Of a stretch of 64,000 nt of DNA, positions 23,291-37,700 are shown piece by piece (position 1 is the first letter of the stretch; the number at the start of each line of letters is the position of its first letter). A program made the translations under genes and the position numbers. The notes under the pieces are model-generated. The model did not search any database, was not told where the DNA came from, and worked only from the letters and a program-made list of their open reading frames with translations. Source of the DNA: Thalia democratica (taxonomy: Eukaryota); NCBI GenBank assembly GCA_965202585.1, contig OZ241828.1, positions 66,030,001 to 66,094,000 on the forward strand. The letters are read 5' to 3'.

Positions 23291-26200
23291 TACTTAATGT
23301 GCAAATTAGTTCCTAAAAGTTCAAATTTTGTTTCAAACCATTCAAATTTTGTTTCATAAAAGTAAAGCACTGGTAGTTTATACTTTTTTCTTTTGAAAAC
23401 TACTTTGAAAGCTTTTTCTGTACTAAAAAAAATTTAATGATATATAATGTTTAATATAATTATATAGCTGAAAATAAAGACTTAAATTAAACATTTTTTT
23501 TTTCATAAAGATATAAAACATTAGTCGTCAAGGTGTACACTGGTGCACACAAGAATTTCTTTTGGGGTACACAAAACTTATTTTGGTTCACATAAAATTT
23601 TCAGGTCACGTAAAAAAAAATATATAGTTTATTATTTTTATGCAATTAAATTTATTAATATGCTATTTACTACCCTGACCAGACATGGTGAAAAGCGCCA
23701 CCTTTGAATAAAAGTAAAACAAATACTATTGAAATCCCCGGCAGTAGGATTTTTTAATCTAAAGGATAAATAATTTTTTACAAAATAGTTATATAGCTAT
23801 TTTTTATCTTAAAACTGTTTTTTTTATTCTGAAGATATAAAATTATTTTCACAAAAATATTTTAAATTTCATTATTAAAACCTTTGATTTATATTAAAAC
23901 CACAAATTTATACTTTGTAGTTATTTATTTTTAAAAATTAGGCCTACTATTTTTGTATTTTACAACTTTCATTTGTGGACAAAGCATGTACAACACAAAA
24001 CTCTCTAAATAAACTTCACAAAAAATATTATAAATAAGATATTAAAGTGTTTCTCTAAGAATGTTGTTTGTTTGATTTATTAACAAGCATGTCAGAAAAT
24101 TTAAGTTTTTGTATTTTAAAGAACTTATGTATTTAATTTTTTAATATAATGATGCAAAAAATTAATCAATAAAAATTAAATTTAAATAAAATATAAAGTT
24201 GCAATGAAAATTATTTTACACTGTAAAAACTGTTTTATTCTTTTTCAAAACTTTGAGCTAAAAATCACTGAAGAGGAATTTAATTTAAGTTAATAGAAGT
24301 TGTTAATAATAAAAAAATAAGATAATAGGTAAAAATAATATTGAAAACTGTTTACATTTTATAAAAAAGGGTTTAAAGTAATAGAGTACATTGTAAAATA
24401 AAACTTATTCTTATTTAACATAATAGTAAATTCATTACATCAAAAGTAATATAAATTAGTTTTTTATTAAATTTGATAAATTGTAATGTAAAAGAAAATG
24501 AATTAGCTATGGTTTCTTACTTTAGCTTCCTAGTTACTTTAGTGATAATACAGCTGTAACTAATTATTTCCGAATTTTACTATGCCTGGCCCTGACAACT
24601 CATTTTTCATCCTCTTTATTTGACCATTTTGTTAAAAAATGACCATTTTCGTACCTTCATAAACTTTAAGTATAAATAAACTTAATATTGTAAGAAGTGT
24701 TCCCTAGCAAATCTTAAAAAAAGATTTATCTCACGAAAATCCTTAAAAACTAACATGTGGTTAATATTTAATTTAGTTTTATATTTTTAAAATTTTATTG
24801 TTTAAGTTTTTTTCTACAATATAAATTCCTAGTACATTATCATAATTAAATTTAAAATATTATCAAGTAAATGATTAACATTTTGTTGTAAAAACTAATT
24901 TTAATGACTTCAAACAAGTACTGCTCTACAATTTTAAAATCAGATAGGTAATAATATTATCAGAGTTTTGTATACTCAGGTCTTAAGATAACTCAATCTA
25001 GTTTTAAGATTTTTAGGTTTGCCACACACTCAGAATATTCATAGTAGATCAAAATTTTTTATAATTATCAAAACGACTTAGGCCAATTTAATTATTCATT
25101 AAAGTATCAGTACAGCTGTGTATATTTTTTTAATCTCTCAGTAACTTTTTTTCTAGATATTATTCATATATAAGATTTAATTGTTCCAAGTTTAACTTTT
25201 TGATACAACAGTAATTATTTTTCTAAAACTGCATTTTTTTATTTTTATAATTAAGTTAAATATATTTGCTACTTTTAGAGTAGCCAAAAACACCAAAAAA
25301 TTGTAAATTTAGGATTAAAAATAGAATTCGAAAAATTTTGAAATGCCCTCTAGTTTCAAACGAAATCACTAAAAAAAAATTGGGAGTTTTAAAGAATTTT
25401 TAGTTATGAAGTAACAAAACTCCCAAGTTGACACAAAAAATATGTAATATGTATATATATTTTTAAATTATAATAAAATATTATTCGAAAACACATTTAA
25501 AGTATCATAAAAGTATCTTTTCAATGCTGTTATACTGGTGGAATCAGTTTTTTACCTTAAACTTTATTTCTTCGTAAAAATAGACCAAAAACATGTACTT
25601 TTGAAAACCTGGAAAAAATTCAGATAACCTTAAAAACTTTTAAAAGATCTCTGGCAACCTTGTAATTTGTTAAAAAAACTGTGAAAACATTTTCAAATCT
25701 CCAGATGACTTAAAACAGCGCAAGGTCACTTAGAATAGTTTTTCTGACTCAAAAACAAAGAAAAAACAAACCTTATGTTTCAAAAATTCAGACTTATTTT
25801 AGTTTTATTTAGACATTCTTAGATATATATACTAAGTGTTTTGCTTATTTAATTTATTATATTTTTTATTACTTCATTTTTTATATAGCAGAAAATTATC
25901 AAATAAACGTTTTTACAGAGTTCTTTGATAATTAATGACACACATATGTTCCAAAAGTTTACGAAAATTTTTCAAATGACTTGAACGCCTGACTAATTAT
26001 TAGGACACAAAAAATCTCTGCTAAGAAAAAAAGTTATGGAGTAGTATGTGAAGCAGCTAATTTTTATAAATAAGAGGTAAATTTATCTTAATAAAATTTA
26101 AAAGTAGTAATTTATTGTCAAAAGTTGTATTTTGTATTTAAGGCAAGCTTGGCGTAATTCAGTATAATTTTCAGTACCCAGGATAGCTTTTTAAGAGTTG

Positions 26201-26332
26201 TAACTGTATAGTTCTATCTATTTTGTAATAACAAATGTAAATTGTTTTTTAACTAGTGAAAACACATACACTACATAGATATTTATTTTTGAAATGGTGT
26301 TAACCAAGTTTAAAGCTCTATCTAATACTTAC

Positions 26333-26395
26333 AGGTCAAAGTAATTTTTGGCCAGGGGTGTAGCGTGGAGAGGGAAACTGACGCCTGCGTGACAC
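26333..26395 (-). other. Orphan 63-nt candidate exon on the minus strand
   Basis: Minus strand: long polypyrimidine acceptor ttttttttcttctttcctgtttttag, GC-rich body, perfect GTAAGT donor, length divisible by 3. Open in two phases (CHAGVSFPLHATPLAKNYFD or VTQASVSLSTLHPWPKITLT). Confidence 0.45.
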
Positions 26396-29330
26396 CTAAA
26401 AACAGGAAAGAAGAAAAAAAATAATGTTCTTTCTTTATCCTTTAAATATTTAGTTTCCCTACTGCTTAATTTGTTTGGTTTCCAACTATGTTTATGTAGT
26501 GTTAGAAAAGTTGAACGAATTTTTTGAATACTAAATATACTGATTCGGTGCGTAAACATCATTCTGTACCGGCTTTGATAAAAATCTCGATAACTTATTT
26601 TTTGAAACTCATAAACTTAAAAAGAATTGGCCTCAAAAAGAACACAGCTATTGTAGTGCACCGCAGAGGTATAACAGCTTGATTGACTCTTTCACAAAAA
26701 AAACCTGCTGACATTTTGTAAACAAACCCTTTAGCAAAACCTATCTTACGATGATCATAGTTCGAAAATAAACATATCTTCATAAAAAAAGTAATAAGTA
26801 TTATTGACTAGTAATTAAATAAAAATAAACTAATTATTAGCATAAAAAGTTCACAAAATAAATAATATAGTAATAATAAAATTTAATGAACAACACATTA
26901 AAAAACAAAAAAACAACGAACAATATTTTTATTTTTTGTAATAATAAATAAAAAAAAACAGTAAATATAATGTTGATCTCACTATACAAAAACACTAATC
27001 TCAGTAAACTTAAAACTTGTAGTAAAAGTAGTTTCTTGATGCTTATAGTAACAAATAAAATAATTAAAAAAATGTAATTTTATCATCCGGTACAGCTAAA
27101 AAATTGAAAGAGTTTGGTCTGCTTTTTTATTTCAGTTATGTTTTTAGATATATTACCTTAGATTGTCTACCTTTAAAACTTAGTTTATTTTTATTTTATG
27201 TTTTTGTTTATTAAAAACAAAGTAAAGTTTAATAATTTTATTGGTTGCTAGAGAACCAAATCATTAGTAAGTTTGAACTAAATTAAAGTTTTTTTTAATA
27301 ACTAAAAAAGCAGTTGGTAATTAAATCCATTATTACAGAAAACGGTTACTGAATTATGTTAAAAATATGTCTGTATAATTAAAGAAAAAAGTTAAGTAAT
27401 AGTTAGATTTTATACAACTTGTAGAAAACATGTTTTTTATTTTTAATCAAGTAGTTTATAATTGAAACAATAATATATTTCAAACTATGTTATTACCTTC
27501 AGAATTTTATTTGTAAAAGTTTGACTTCTATAAACTGTTTTTGTTTTAAAATTTCAAATAAACTTGTTAAAAAAAAAACCTATACCTTTTAAGAAATTTT
27601 GAAAAAAAAAAAATTTTGTTAATTTGTTTTTTATAAACTTGTGTTGTTTCAGATTTTTAAAAAATTAGTTACATCTTATTAAACAATTAAGGTTCTCAGG
27701 ACACTCAGGATAAGTTAAAGTGTTTAAACATTTAAATATGACTCAAAACAGCTCAGGATAACTACGGATATTTCAAAGTTTTCTTTTCACTCAGGCTGAA
27801 TCAGGATATTTTTTTTGTATAAAAAAATCAGCATAGTATTAGAACTTTCAAAACTTCGGTACAGTTTGCTGTTAGGATTTGAAAGAGATTTAGTTGAGTC
27901 AGTTGAAATTATTATTGTTTTATGCCCAATTTTGTTAAAGAACTCAATCAAAAAAAATATCCATTTAAAGGTCTATTAAACTTCACAATGACTTAGAACT
28001 GCTTAAGGTCACTTAAGACTATTCTTAACTACCTTAGAACACTTATTTATTAAAAAGTGCCAACCTGATATCTTCAATTTAAATTGTTTTTTAGTTTTGT
28101 TTTAAAAAAGTAAATTTCAGTTTATAGACAATAAATAAAAGTTATCTTGGTTATCATTTAGATTTTTAATAAAAGAAGTTCGTTAAGTGAAACATTGTTT
28201 AATTTATACTATTCTTCTACAAATTTTTACATATCTTTAGTTTAACAAAGCTAAAAAAATATACGTATCCAAATAAAAAAAAGGCTCTTAAAACTAGATT
28301 TTTTTAAATATCTTCTAAATAAAAGTTTAAATTTTTCACCTTTGAACGTTATTTTTTTGGTAAAAAGGTGTATAGTTTTTTTGTAAAATTTCTTAACTTT
28401 TAAAGGTTGTTTGACAAATATAAGTTTACAAATTGTGAACTATCATATATATTTTGACTTACGTGTATTGAACGCTAAATCTGACGAAATTTGATTTGAT
28501 TTTTAGTTTCAAAAATTTATTTTTATTCTAGATTAAAATTTTTACATAAAACAAATACTTCACCATTTATTTTCTTGTTTTGCAATTATTGAACTATCAA
28601 ATAGATTTTGTTATATTTGTTATTTGCACCTATTCAAAGCAAAGTCTGACTAAACTTTGCATTTGTTTTCTTATTTGTATCAAGAATTGTTTTGATTTTT
28701 GAAAAATTAAATTACATATTTTACAGAAATATTTTTGCCACTAGGTGTAATTACCTGTAGTTTGATTTAAAAATTTCTTTCTCAGCTTGATTAAACTTTA
28801 TTTGTAATTTTACTATTTATTCTAAAGAATGTTTAGCTGTTTTAAACAATTTTTTCATATAAGATATTATTATTTTCAGTAAAGTTTTCCTAGTTACTAA
28901 CAAAATATTTTAGTTCAATATAAGAGTTATTGTTTATTAATATTTAACTTAAAATCAATTTTATGTGAGTTAATTATATTTGTGTAATTACAGAAAACTA
29001 TTATCAAATAATAATTTAGAAAAATTAGCTATACTTGTTGAAATATGCTAAACTTTTAAATGAATTAGTATTTTTTAAAACAGTAACTACAATTTTTTAT
29101 AAAATTAAGTTATTTTAACTTTATTACTTAAAATACGGCTTTTATATAGCTTATAACGAAATTTTTTTAGTTAGGGGAATTTTTTGATATCAGTAAATTT
29201 CGTGCATCTCCTAACAAAAATATTACGCTACGGTACTGGTAATTACTGTTAATTGCAAAATCTTATTTAAATAGTTTTTAATATCTTTTCTGTAATATGT
29301 TATTCTATTTAAATTGATTTCAAGTTTAAT

Positions 29331-29427
29331 GTCCTGGACAAGACGTTAAAAGGTATCCGTGGTGTGCGACTTGATAACCGGAAGGTTTTTTCGTTCACCA
29401 GGTCCTACGACCAAATATTTTGAGCGT
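29331..29427 (+). repeat. Solo copy of the inverted-repeat arm of the 33873-34147 element
   Basis: gtcctggaca...aaaaggtatccgt...ccaggtc...gaccaaatattttgagcgt closely matches 33873-33968. Confidence 0.8.
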
Positions 29428-32400
29428 AATTCAAAAATAAAGAAGTTTAAATGTTTTATCAGTATTCCAACACACTTTAAATGGTTTAAATCTTCTCAGA
29501 AATGCTGAGGTTGACTTAAGTTTGTTGAAAATTTTCTTTTAAAACTCATGCTAAGTAGATTGTTTTTCTTAAATTTAAATCTTTTTGTTGAATACATATT
29601 ATTTTTATTTCGTAGAAAAATATTTTTTCACTCTATGTTAAAAATTTCTGTTTTTACAATGATATTTTTAACTATGGGTAACTTGTTGACCTAAACACTT
29701 TTAGTTTATAGCTTTAAAAAAAAATATCCAGTATGATGTGACTAAATTTAGTAATTGAGAAAGTTTTATTCAATCAAAAACATCATTGCCACACATTTAA
29801 GGCTAACGCATGAAACTTTGAAGTTTTTAGATATATTTTTTCAAACTCAAACTGATAAGAACTTTTGTAAAATGCATGCTTGTTAAACATTTTTCTTAGA
29901 TTTGAAACTATTTTTTTAATTAATCTTTTTTTTGTATATAAATTATATTTTAGTTTTATTAAGTTATTTTAGTTTTTGCTGCAAATATATAATTTTAGTT
30001 GTTTTTTTTTTCAATATTTTCTTCAAGTTTTGGTTCTTATTATTATTAGAAAATATTGTTTTTCACTTTAAAGAATATTAACCCTGGTATAAGTAAAACT
30101 TAATTATGGTTTAGTTGCAAAATGTTTTAATGACTTATTTAAAATTTTTTCATCTTATGTTTTAGAATTAGTAAGTGTTGTTTAGTAGGAATAAAAACAT
30201 GTAGTAACCAGTGGCGGTGCACAATATTTTTTTAATCCCTAACTTAAGAATTATGTTGTAAGCAATAAAAAAATATTTTTTTAATTAATATAATTTCACT
30301 AACTATATAATATAAAACAAATTGACATTACTGATCTATAAGGTACTAATATATTACAATTTTTAATCATTTAAAAGTAAAAAGTAATTATCAGAACTAC
30401 TAGTACTTGCACAACTTAAACTTACTAAATTTTTGCTTCTAATTACAGCAAACTTTATATATATAGAAAAAAATATATTTAATAAAACGAAAATATCTGT
30501 TCTATTAACTATAAAATATCAATCTCCTTAAAATACAATACAACAGTAATGACAGTACCTCATTGCACATTATATATATTAGACAAAAACATTTTTGAGT
30601 GAAAGAAAATAAAATGTTATAAATAGAACACATTGTTTACTCATTTAATGTAGGTTATATAATAATGTTAGAAAGCAAAATTGAATTCTAACAAAGTTAA
30701 AGCAAGATAAACTTAGCAACTTCCATATTTTAAATTTTAATTAAACACAAAACAAAAGTTGAGCCACTCTTAAATCAAAGGACTGTCCTGAGTTATTTAA
30801 AAACTGTGCTGAGTCATCATGATCATTTTAAATTCCTTTAATGAAGTATTTTTATTTCTTAAAAACTAACAATAACTGAGCTACTTAACAAAGTTTGTAG
30901 TAAAACAACTAGGAATGCAGTTTAATTAACTAGATCTCACTCATATCTATATAACAAGATTTCCTGAAAACTTTTAAAACTTTTAAGATTATTCTGACTC
31001 ATTTTTATAAAAAAAACAAAGCTAGTTTGATTTAGCTTAGGTTAAAAAAAACTTTTAATGTTTTGAGTTATCTTTAGCTGTACTAAGTCATAATAAAACT
31101 TCAAAAACTTCATAATATCCAGAGTTACTTTAAATATGTGGAGTTGTAACAAGTTTACCAAATGATCTGATACAAAACAAAATGCTTAAAAGATGAGTTT
31201 TTAAAATAAAATTTTTACTGAATTATTTGAAAATGAACAAAAATTTTTTTTTTTCTTTACATAAATATCAATTTATTGAAAATTTTTTGGGAAAAGCAGT
31301 TTTCAAATGTTACAAACAGTTTGTAGAAAGCAGATAATTTAAAGATTATAAATTTATGTTAAAATTATATAAGTTTAATTCAAAATTATCAATTTTTTGA
31401 TTAAATAAAACCTTTTAACTTATTCATGATTTGACATGACAAATTTTAAAATAGTTTGCTAAAAAAACTGATGAATTTTTAAGCTCTGATGGTTGTAAGA
31501 ATTACAATCTTTGATTTGTTTATCATATAAGTAAATAAGAAACAACTTTTACTATAATTTAAGTTTACTGAAATTTAAATAAAACTTTTTGGTAATGAGG
31601 TATATACTGTAATCACAGTATAAATTGTTAACTAAGTTTTTGTTTTATTTTAATTATTACTACCTTATTTATTTATATATTTTTAAATTTTGCAAAATTA
31701 ATTTTATTATTGGTACTACTCTTTTTTATTATTAGTTTATTTGTACTTTATTAGTAGTTTTTTTATTTAACTCTGTTTATCCTTGAATATTTATCATTAT
31801 AGAATAGGTTTAGCTTAATAGTTCTTTAAAAAATATTCTATAACTATTATACTACTAGGGTGCACTACAAAAGCTGCGCACTTTTTGAATTTTAATTCTC
31901 ATGAAGGTTATGATTTAAATAAAATTTTCATATTAAGTTTTTCATTAAATTCGGTACGTTATGATGTTGGCGCACCGAATTTGTATATTTTGTATTCGAA
32001 TAATTTGTTTAAATTTTCGAACACTACGTAAACATAGTGTACTAAAACAAGCAGAGGAATTAAAAAACTATAGCATAAAGATAATCCATTTTTTATTTTA
32101 GGTAGCACACATGAGTTAGTGTCCCTTTTCACGCTACGTTTATGATAGTTTTCTATCATGTGTAAAATTAAGTATTTTGTTTAATTATACAAAACCAGGG
32201 TAAATCTTAAACTTTTGAATAAACTTTTTTTTTGTTTTTTTAACTAGAAAGATATTTTTAACTAAATTTAAAGCACAACTCTTTATAACTATTCAAATTA
32301 AAAATAGGCAAAAAAAATACAGTAATTTTTTAAACGAACTTCATAAAATACAAAAGAACTTTAAACATTTTTAATGATTTAAATTTGTTTTGGACAGTTG

Positions 32401-33872
32401 GTGATTAAAAGTTTTACAGTAACCTTTTCTTTGGAAATTTATTTGATTAAACTTCAATCTACAGATAAAAGATTTCTGTACCACGCGTTGATCGAAATTT
32501 GTGGCGATGTTTACCTTAAGCGTTTTCACCTTCCTCGAGTAAGACGAACATGGCTCTGTCTGCTTAAGGAAAAAAACCGATTCACTACTTTCCATGTGCA
32601 GAGTGGCAGTTTGTACTTTCATTCCACAGCCACTTGAGAGGCTCTCACGCAAAAAAACAATAGTACGCTGACAAGCCTAACTTTGAACAATATCCTCACT
32701 ATTTCCTCAGTCAAACAAATTTAATACAATTTTGTGGGTAAGCAGCTTACTGTAATCAAGCACAAAACCAATTAAAACCGAAACAAAGAATTTCATTGTA
32801 TTTCAAAATGGTCCCTTTTTTTCTTTTTTAGATGATACAATGTGTTTTTAACACGTATCACCAAAAGACAAGTTTTTCGAAAAAAGAATGACATCATAAC
32901 AAATTATGACTATTATACTATTAACAGGTAGCCCGAAGGTCATTAAGAAGTTTTTTTGGTGCAAAAAAAAACGTTTTTATTTTTATTTTGTTTCTCGTAG
33001 GAAGAAAGAAAATACTAAAATATTTTAGAAATTGTTACAAAAGAATCTGTAATTGCAATGTTTCAACAGCATATTTAGAAATCAATCTTATTAGTCATTT
33101 GCCAACAACAAAAGCATTGTATACTATTTAAAGTCAATTAGTTCATGTAAACTTTGTTATGAGCTCGAAAACAATATGCAGTAAACAACTTTGATATAGC
33201 CTCCTATTGCATTACATGCACCTGAAAAATCGATTAAAATTTAGCAGTTATATTCAACGAAAAAATATATGTAAAATTTAAAAAATAATAGTTTTAAGTT
33301 TGAAGATGTAAAAAATGTTGTTTGAAAGTACTGAACTTTCCTTAACATAAACCACAGACTTTTTTTAATTAGTGAAAGAGTTTTTGAATGTAAATTATTA
33401 AAACATGCTGGCTTAAAGTACTGAACTTTCTTTGACATTAAGAAAAACGTTTTCAAAAGCAGTAAAACATTTGAGTAGATTGTAATTAGTACAGCGCTTT
33501 AACGGACGTTTTTACAAGTTTGAAACATCATTTCAGAAACACCTTATTTAAAATTAAAGCTTGTTTAAAGTTGTGAACGTCTATTTAAAGTTTCAGCAAG
33601 ATGTAATTCAAATAACTTCAAGATCTGTTTTTAAAATATATAATAAGTGATCACTACTAAACTTAAACAATTAAGCAAAGTGTTAATTGTAGAAGCTAAG
33701 TTTGTAAGATGTTACAGTTTGGAAAGTATAAGTTTGAATACACACAAACTAGTTTTGAAAGTATGAAAGATGTTCAATACATTTAGCTATAATTAAGCAG
33801 TGTAGTAGCAAAAAAGAAAGCAGCTCCTAAGTTTTAATAAACAGCATATCAATTAAGAAAAATTGATTTACT

Positions 33873-34147
33873 GTCCTGGACAAAACGATAAAAGGTATCC
33901 GTCGTGTGCAACTCGATAACCAAAAGATTTTACGTGCTCCAGGTCTTAGGACCAAATATTTTGAGCGTTGAAATGTTAACTTTTTTGTCGTTAATTTTGT
34001 GATGCCTTGTCAACAGTGTAAATTTAATTAGGTTTTTTGAACGATAATAAAAGCGCTCAAAAAGTTTTGTCTAAGGACCTAGTGTACAAAGGAACTTTCG
34101 ACTATCGAGTCGTACACCACATGCTTATAAAGTTTCTAACGAGATAC
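33873..34147. mobile_element. MITE/foldback-like element with ~95-bp imperfect inverted arms
   Basis: The reverse complement of ~34054-34147 (gtggtgtacgactcgatagtcgaaag...aggtccttagacaaaactttttgagcg) aligns to 33873-33968; spacer ~85 bp. No clear target-site duplication. Confidence 0.65.
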
Positions 34148-34794
34148 TACACATAATTTTTTTTATTATTTAAATATTTAATTATTTTAAATTAAAACCA
34201 TCAATTATACGAAATGAAAAACAATAAAACTAAAATGAAAAACTATTTTAGTAACATAAGAAATTAAAATGTCTTTCAATTAACTTTTAAAATGAGACAA
34301 ACAATACTAATAGCAAGTATGTTGCACCAAATCAACCAAAAAAACCATTACCATTGTTGACCGACTTTGGTTATTGTGCTTGATCCGATCCGTTAGGACC
34401 CGGGTTCATAACGTTAGTGTAATTAAATCTGCTGGCGTTCATACTTGTTTCTTAGTGTCGCACATTACTTTTACAGCAGTCCGAGTCTCCTTGCTGCCCA
34501 AGTGAAATTTCTCTTTAATCCTTACATTTAACTGAGGGCGCGCCAAGTTTATTGTGACACATTTTTTAACACAATCTAACTTCTTAAATTCAGCCATCCA
34601 GCGGATATCTCATCATCTAGTTGAAAGCTAAAATACGAATAGTTCTCATTTCCTAGCAACAACACGTGGCTCAATCGTCATTGCCACCACTTAGGAACTC
34701 TCTAAAGGTTTTACAGTTCCATTAATCCGAGCAAAACTGATCTTTTAAATTGTCTCTCTCATTCCATGTCACCAATGATTCAAGCAACTTGTAG

Positions 34795-37700
34795 CGTTTA
34801 CTACAGTGCGTTCCGTCGCTGCCTAAAATTACTTGTATGTTCTCCTTTGATTTATCTTTAGCACTCATAATAAGATCCTAGTTAGTCACAACGCTGATTA
34901 AAAACTTTGTTAATTAAAATTTAAAATTGCTAGACTTGTGAACAACGCCTATTTTGTTTAACAACTACGTTTATTTAAAAACTACTTTATGTTAATTATG
35001 CTTAAGTTAATTAAGCTTAGATAGTTTTAAGAGCTGCTTGTACTAAACTAAAACCTTGTTAATATGTCAAACAAAAGCTTATGATATTCAAACTTATGTA
35101 AAATCAAGAGATGTTTACAAAACTACCAAATTCTTTTAAATATACAATAACGAACAGTACGAGAATCATAATAAAGCTACAAAAATAATACAAAAAGAAA
35201 CTCTCAAAATGAAAACAGAAGTTCTTTCTCGAATAGGCTGCATTAAAACTTAGTGTCGTTTCTCCACAACGATTCAAGAAGTAAACATAATGGATAAAAA
35301 ACTGATTAAATACGACTCTCTAAGGCTAACTGCAGAAAAGTATTATATATTCACAGATTTACTCTACTTAGCATTTTTAATTGAAAAACAGTTTGCAAAT
35401 AAGTATGAATCTTAATTCTTAAGCACGCTTTTAAAAGTTTTATTTCTGTATAAAATTCTAACTATTTTACAATTTGAATTTTGTTACAGTTTAATGTAAG
35501 GCAGGGTTTTAAAATTTTCATAAAAGGTCAACTCGGACAAAAATGAAAAAAAAACGAACCTAACCTTCTTTTAGATATTAAAACTAACCATTCATATTTG
35601 GTACAAATAACATTATATACTAATTATTAACTTTTTCTTAAAACATTTTGAAAGTTTGTTCAGTACTCAAATTGAAATGATGATTTGAAATGTTTATACC
35701 TTGTCCGTTCAAGATCAACATTTTGAAATTTTAATAACTTTTTTTAAAATATAGCTCAACAACAAATTATTAAAATTATTAATAAGTTGTTTAGTACTTT
35801 ACCTTCAGAGCTTAGGATAACGTTGAGCTTTAAATTTTTTAGATAAATAAAAACTAAAATAACACACTCCTATAAACATCTTAGTTGAAATATATTTTTT
35901 TTAACAAATTTGATTTTCTTTGTTATAATCTCAAAAGCACTTATATTAGACAGTTCAAAGTTGAACACTTATTAAAACTTCAATTTTGAATTTTAAGATT
36001 CAAAAGTAGTGTTTAGTTCATTATAACTATTAAAAGGTATAGTGTAATTGTAATTGACCGAAATATTTACAATCTATTAAATATTTTGTAGTCAATTATA
36101 ATTATCATAGGATCTTTTTATAATTTTGAATAATTTAGTCAACATTTTATGATTTTTAAATGTAGAAAAATCATTTTTTAAAATTTAGTAAGATTTTTAT
36201 TTTTGATAATATTATCATTTAAGTTAAATTTAAATTCAAAATTTAAATAGACTTTTTAAATACTTCAGTAAAACTTGTTTTGATAACATTTTATTATTTT
36301 AATAATTAACTTTTATTTATATTTTGTGGATACTTACTCAAATAAGCGGTTTTTACCTCATAATTTTATTTCTTGTACTTCTAAACTTTTATCATGTGCT
36401 TATTAATTTTTACTTTTTTTGTTTTCAAGCGTTTTTTTTAAGGTAAAGAAACTTTTGTTTAATTACTCTTATTATAAATATTTGTTTTGTTATTAAAAAT
36501 TGCTATTTAATCAGATATAAAAAGTTTTTAGATTTGTTAATGTCAATAAAAAAAGTTTGTTACAATATCTAAATCTTTATAAAAAATTTAACTTATAAAA
36601 ATAAGTTTTGTTTCAGTATTTATTTTAGCTAGTTCACTATTTTTATTATCATGGATTGTAAAAAAGAAAAATATCACAAAAATAAGCTGAAAGTTTTTCA
36701 AAACAAATTAAATAAATAAGTGTTTTTTTTTAGTAAATCAATTTTTTTTTACAGCTTACTAGACTAAAGCATAAAAAACAAATATGGAAAATCTGTTTAT
36801 CAAGCACTACATGGTTAGCTTTAAAATTTTCACATATTATGTTTGTATATAAAATAACTAAAAGTAAATCTATAGAAGAAATTTATACGTTGATATATTT
36901 TGCTTTCATTGTAAGCTTGAAAAATATTGTATTTTTCCTTAGTTTATAATCCTAACAATACGCTTTTTAACAACTTATGTTATAGACATATTTTTTTTAA
37001 AAATATACTAAATACGCGAAATGAATGTATTTTATTACTTATATTAATAAAAATGTAATTAAAACTGATAAACACTTTAAGCTTTTTTTTATTTAACTTA
37101 AAAGTTAAATTAAATTAAGTATATTTTATTATCAGAAGTTCATCATGAATTCTAAAGAAGAACTTGAGCACCAATACGAGTTATGGCAGTATACGATTGA
37201 CAGTAGGCTGGTTAATAAAAAATCGTGGTATAAAATCTTGGACTTTGCTGAAGCAAATAGGAAAAACCTTGAAAGAAAAATTCAAAAAGTTATTAGTGAT
37301 CTTAGCCTTGAAAAAAATGTGCATAAAGAAATTTTGAAAACATTAGAGGAACAACTTTATCAATCTAAAGTTGAACTAAACAAAAACTTTGACAATTTTT
37401 ATAATCAGGTTCTTCAACAGTTCTTTGAAATTGTGCCAAGTATAAGGAATATGCTATTTTCACCCGAAATACCCATTTATGACTCCTATTTTGAACAACA
37501 ACGAGGTCTGGCTATTCAGAGAATTCAGCAATTCGAAAGATTTCAAGCTGACGAGACATATGTTGGTGATCAGTGTGCGATATGCATGGAAGACATTGGA
37601 ATCGGTAGAAATATGATGCGTGTTGATTGTGATGGTCAGCATAATTTCTGTCAAGTTTGTGTTGAACGATGGTTTGCTAACCATAACACATGCCCAATTT

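Noticed and set aside
27690-28030. Repeated ctcagga/atgactca motifs resembling a CRISPR-like or regular array
   Set aside because: Irregular length and spacing, degenerate, also scattered at ~3.8, 25.7, 30.8 and 48.6 kb, in a eukaryotic context. Best read as transposon subterminal repeats.
35150-35410. Coding-like + frame (NEQYENHNKATKIIQKETLKMKTE...) duplicated at ~41.0 kb
   Set aside because: Internal stop in unit A, frameshift in unit B, and no recognisable family; at most a decayed relic.
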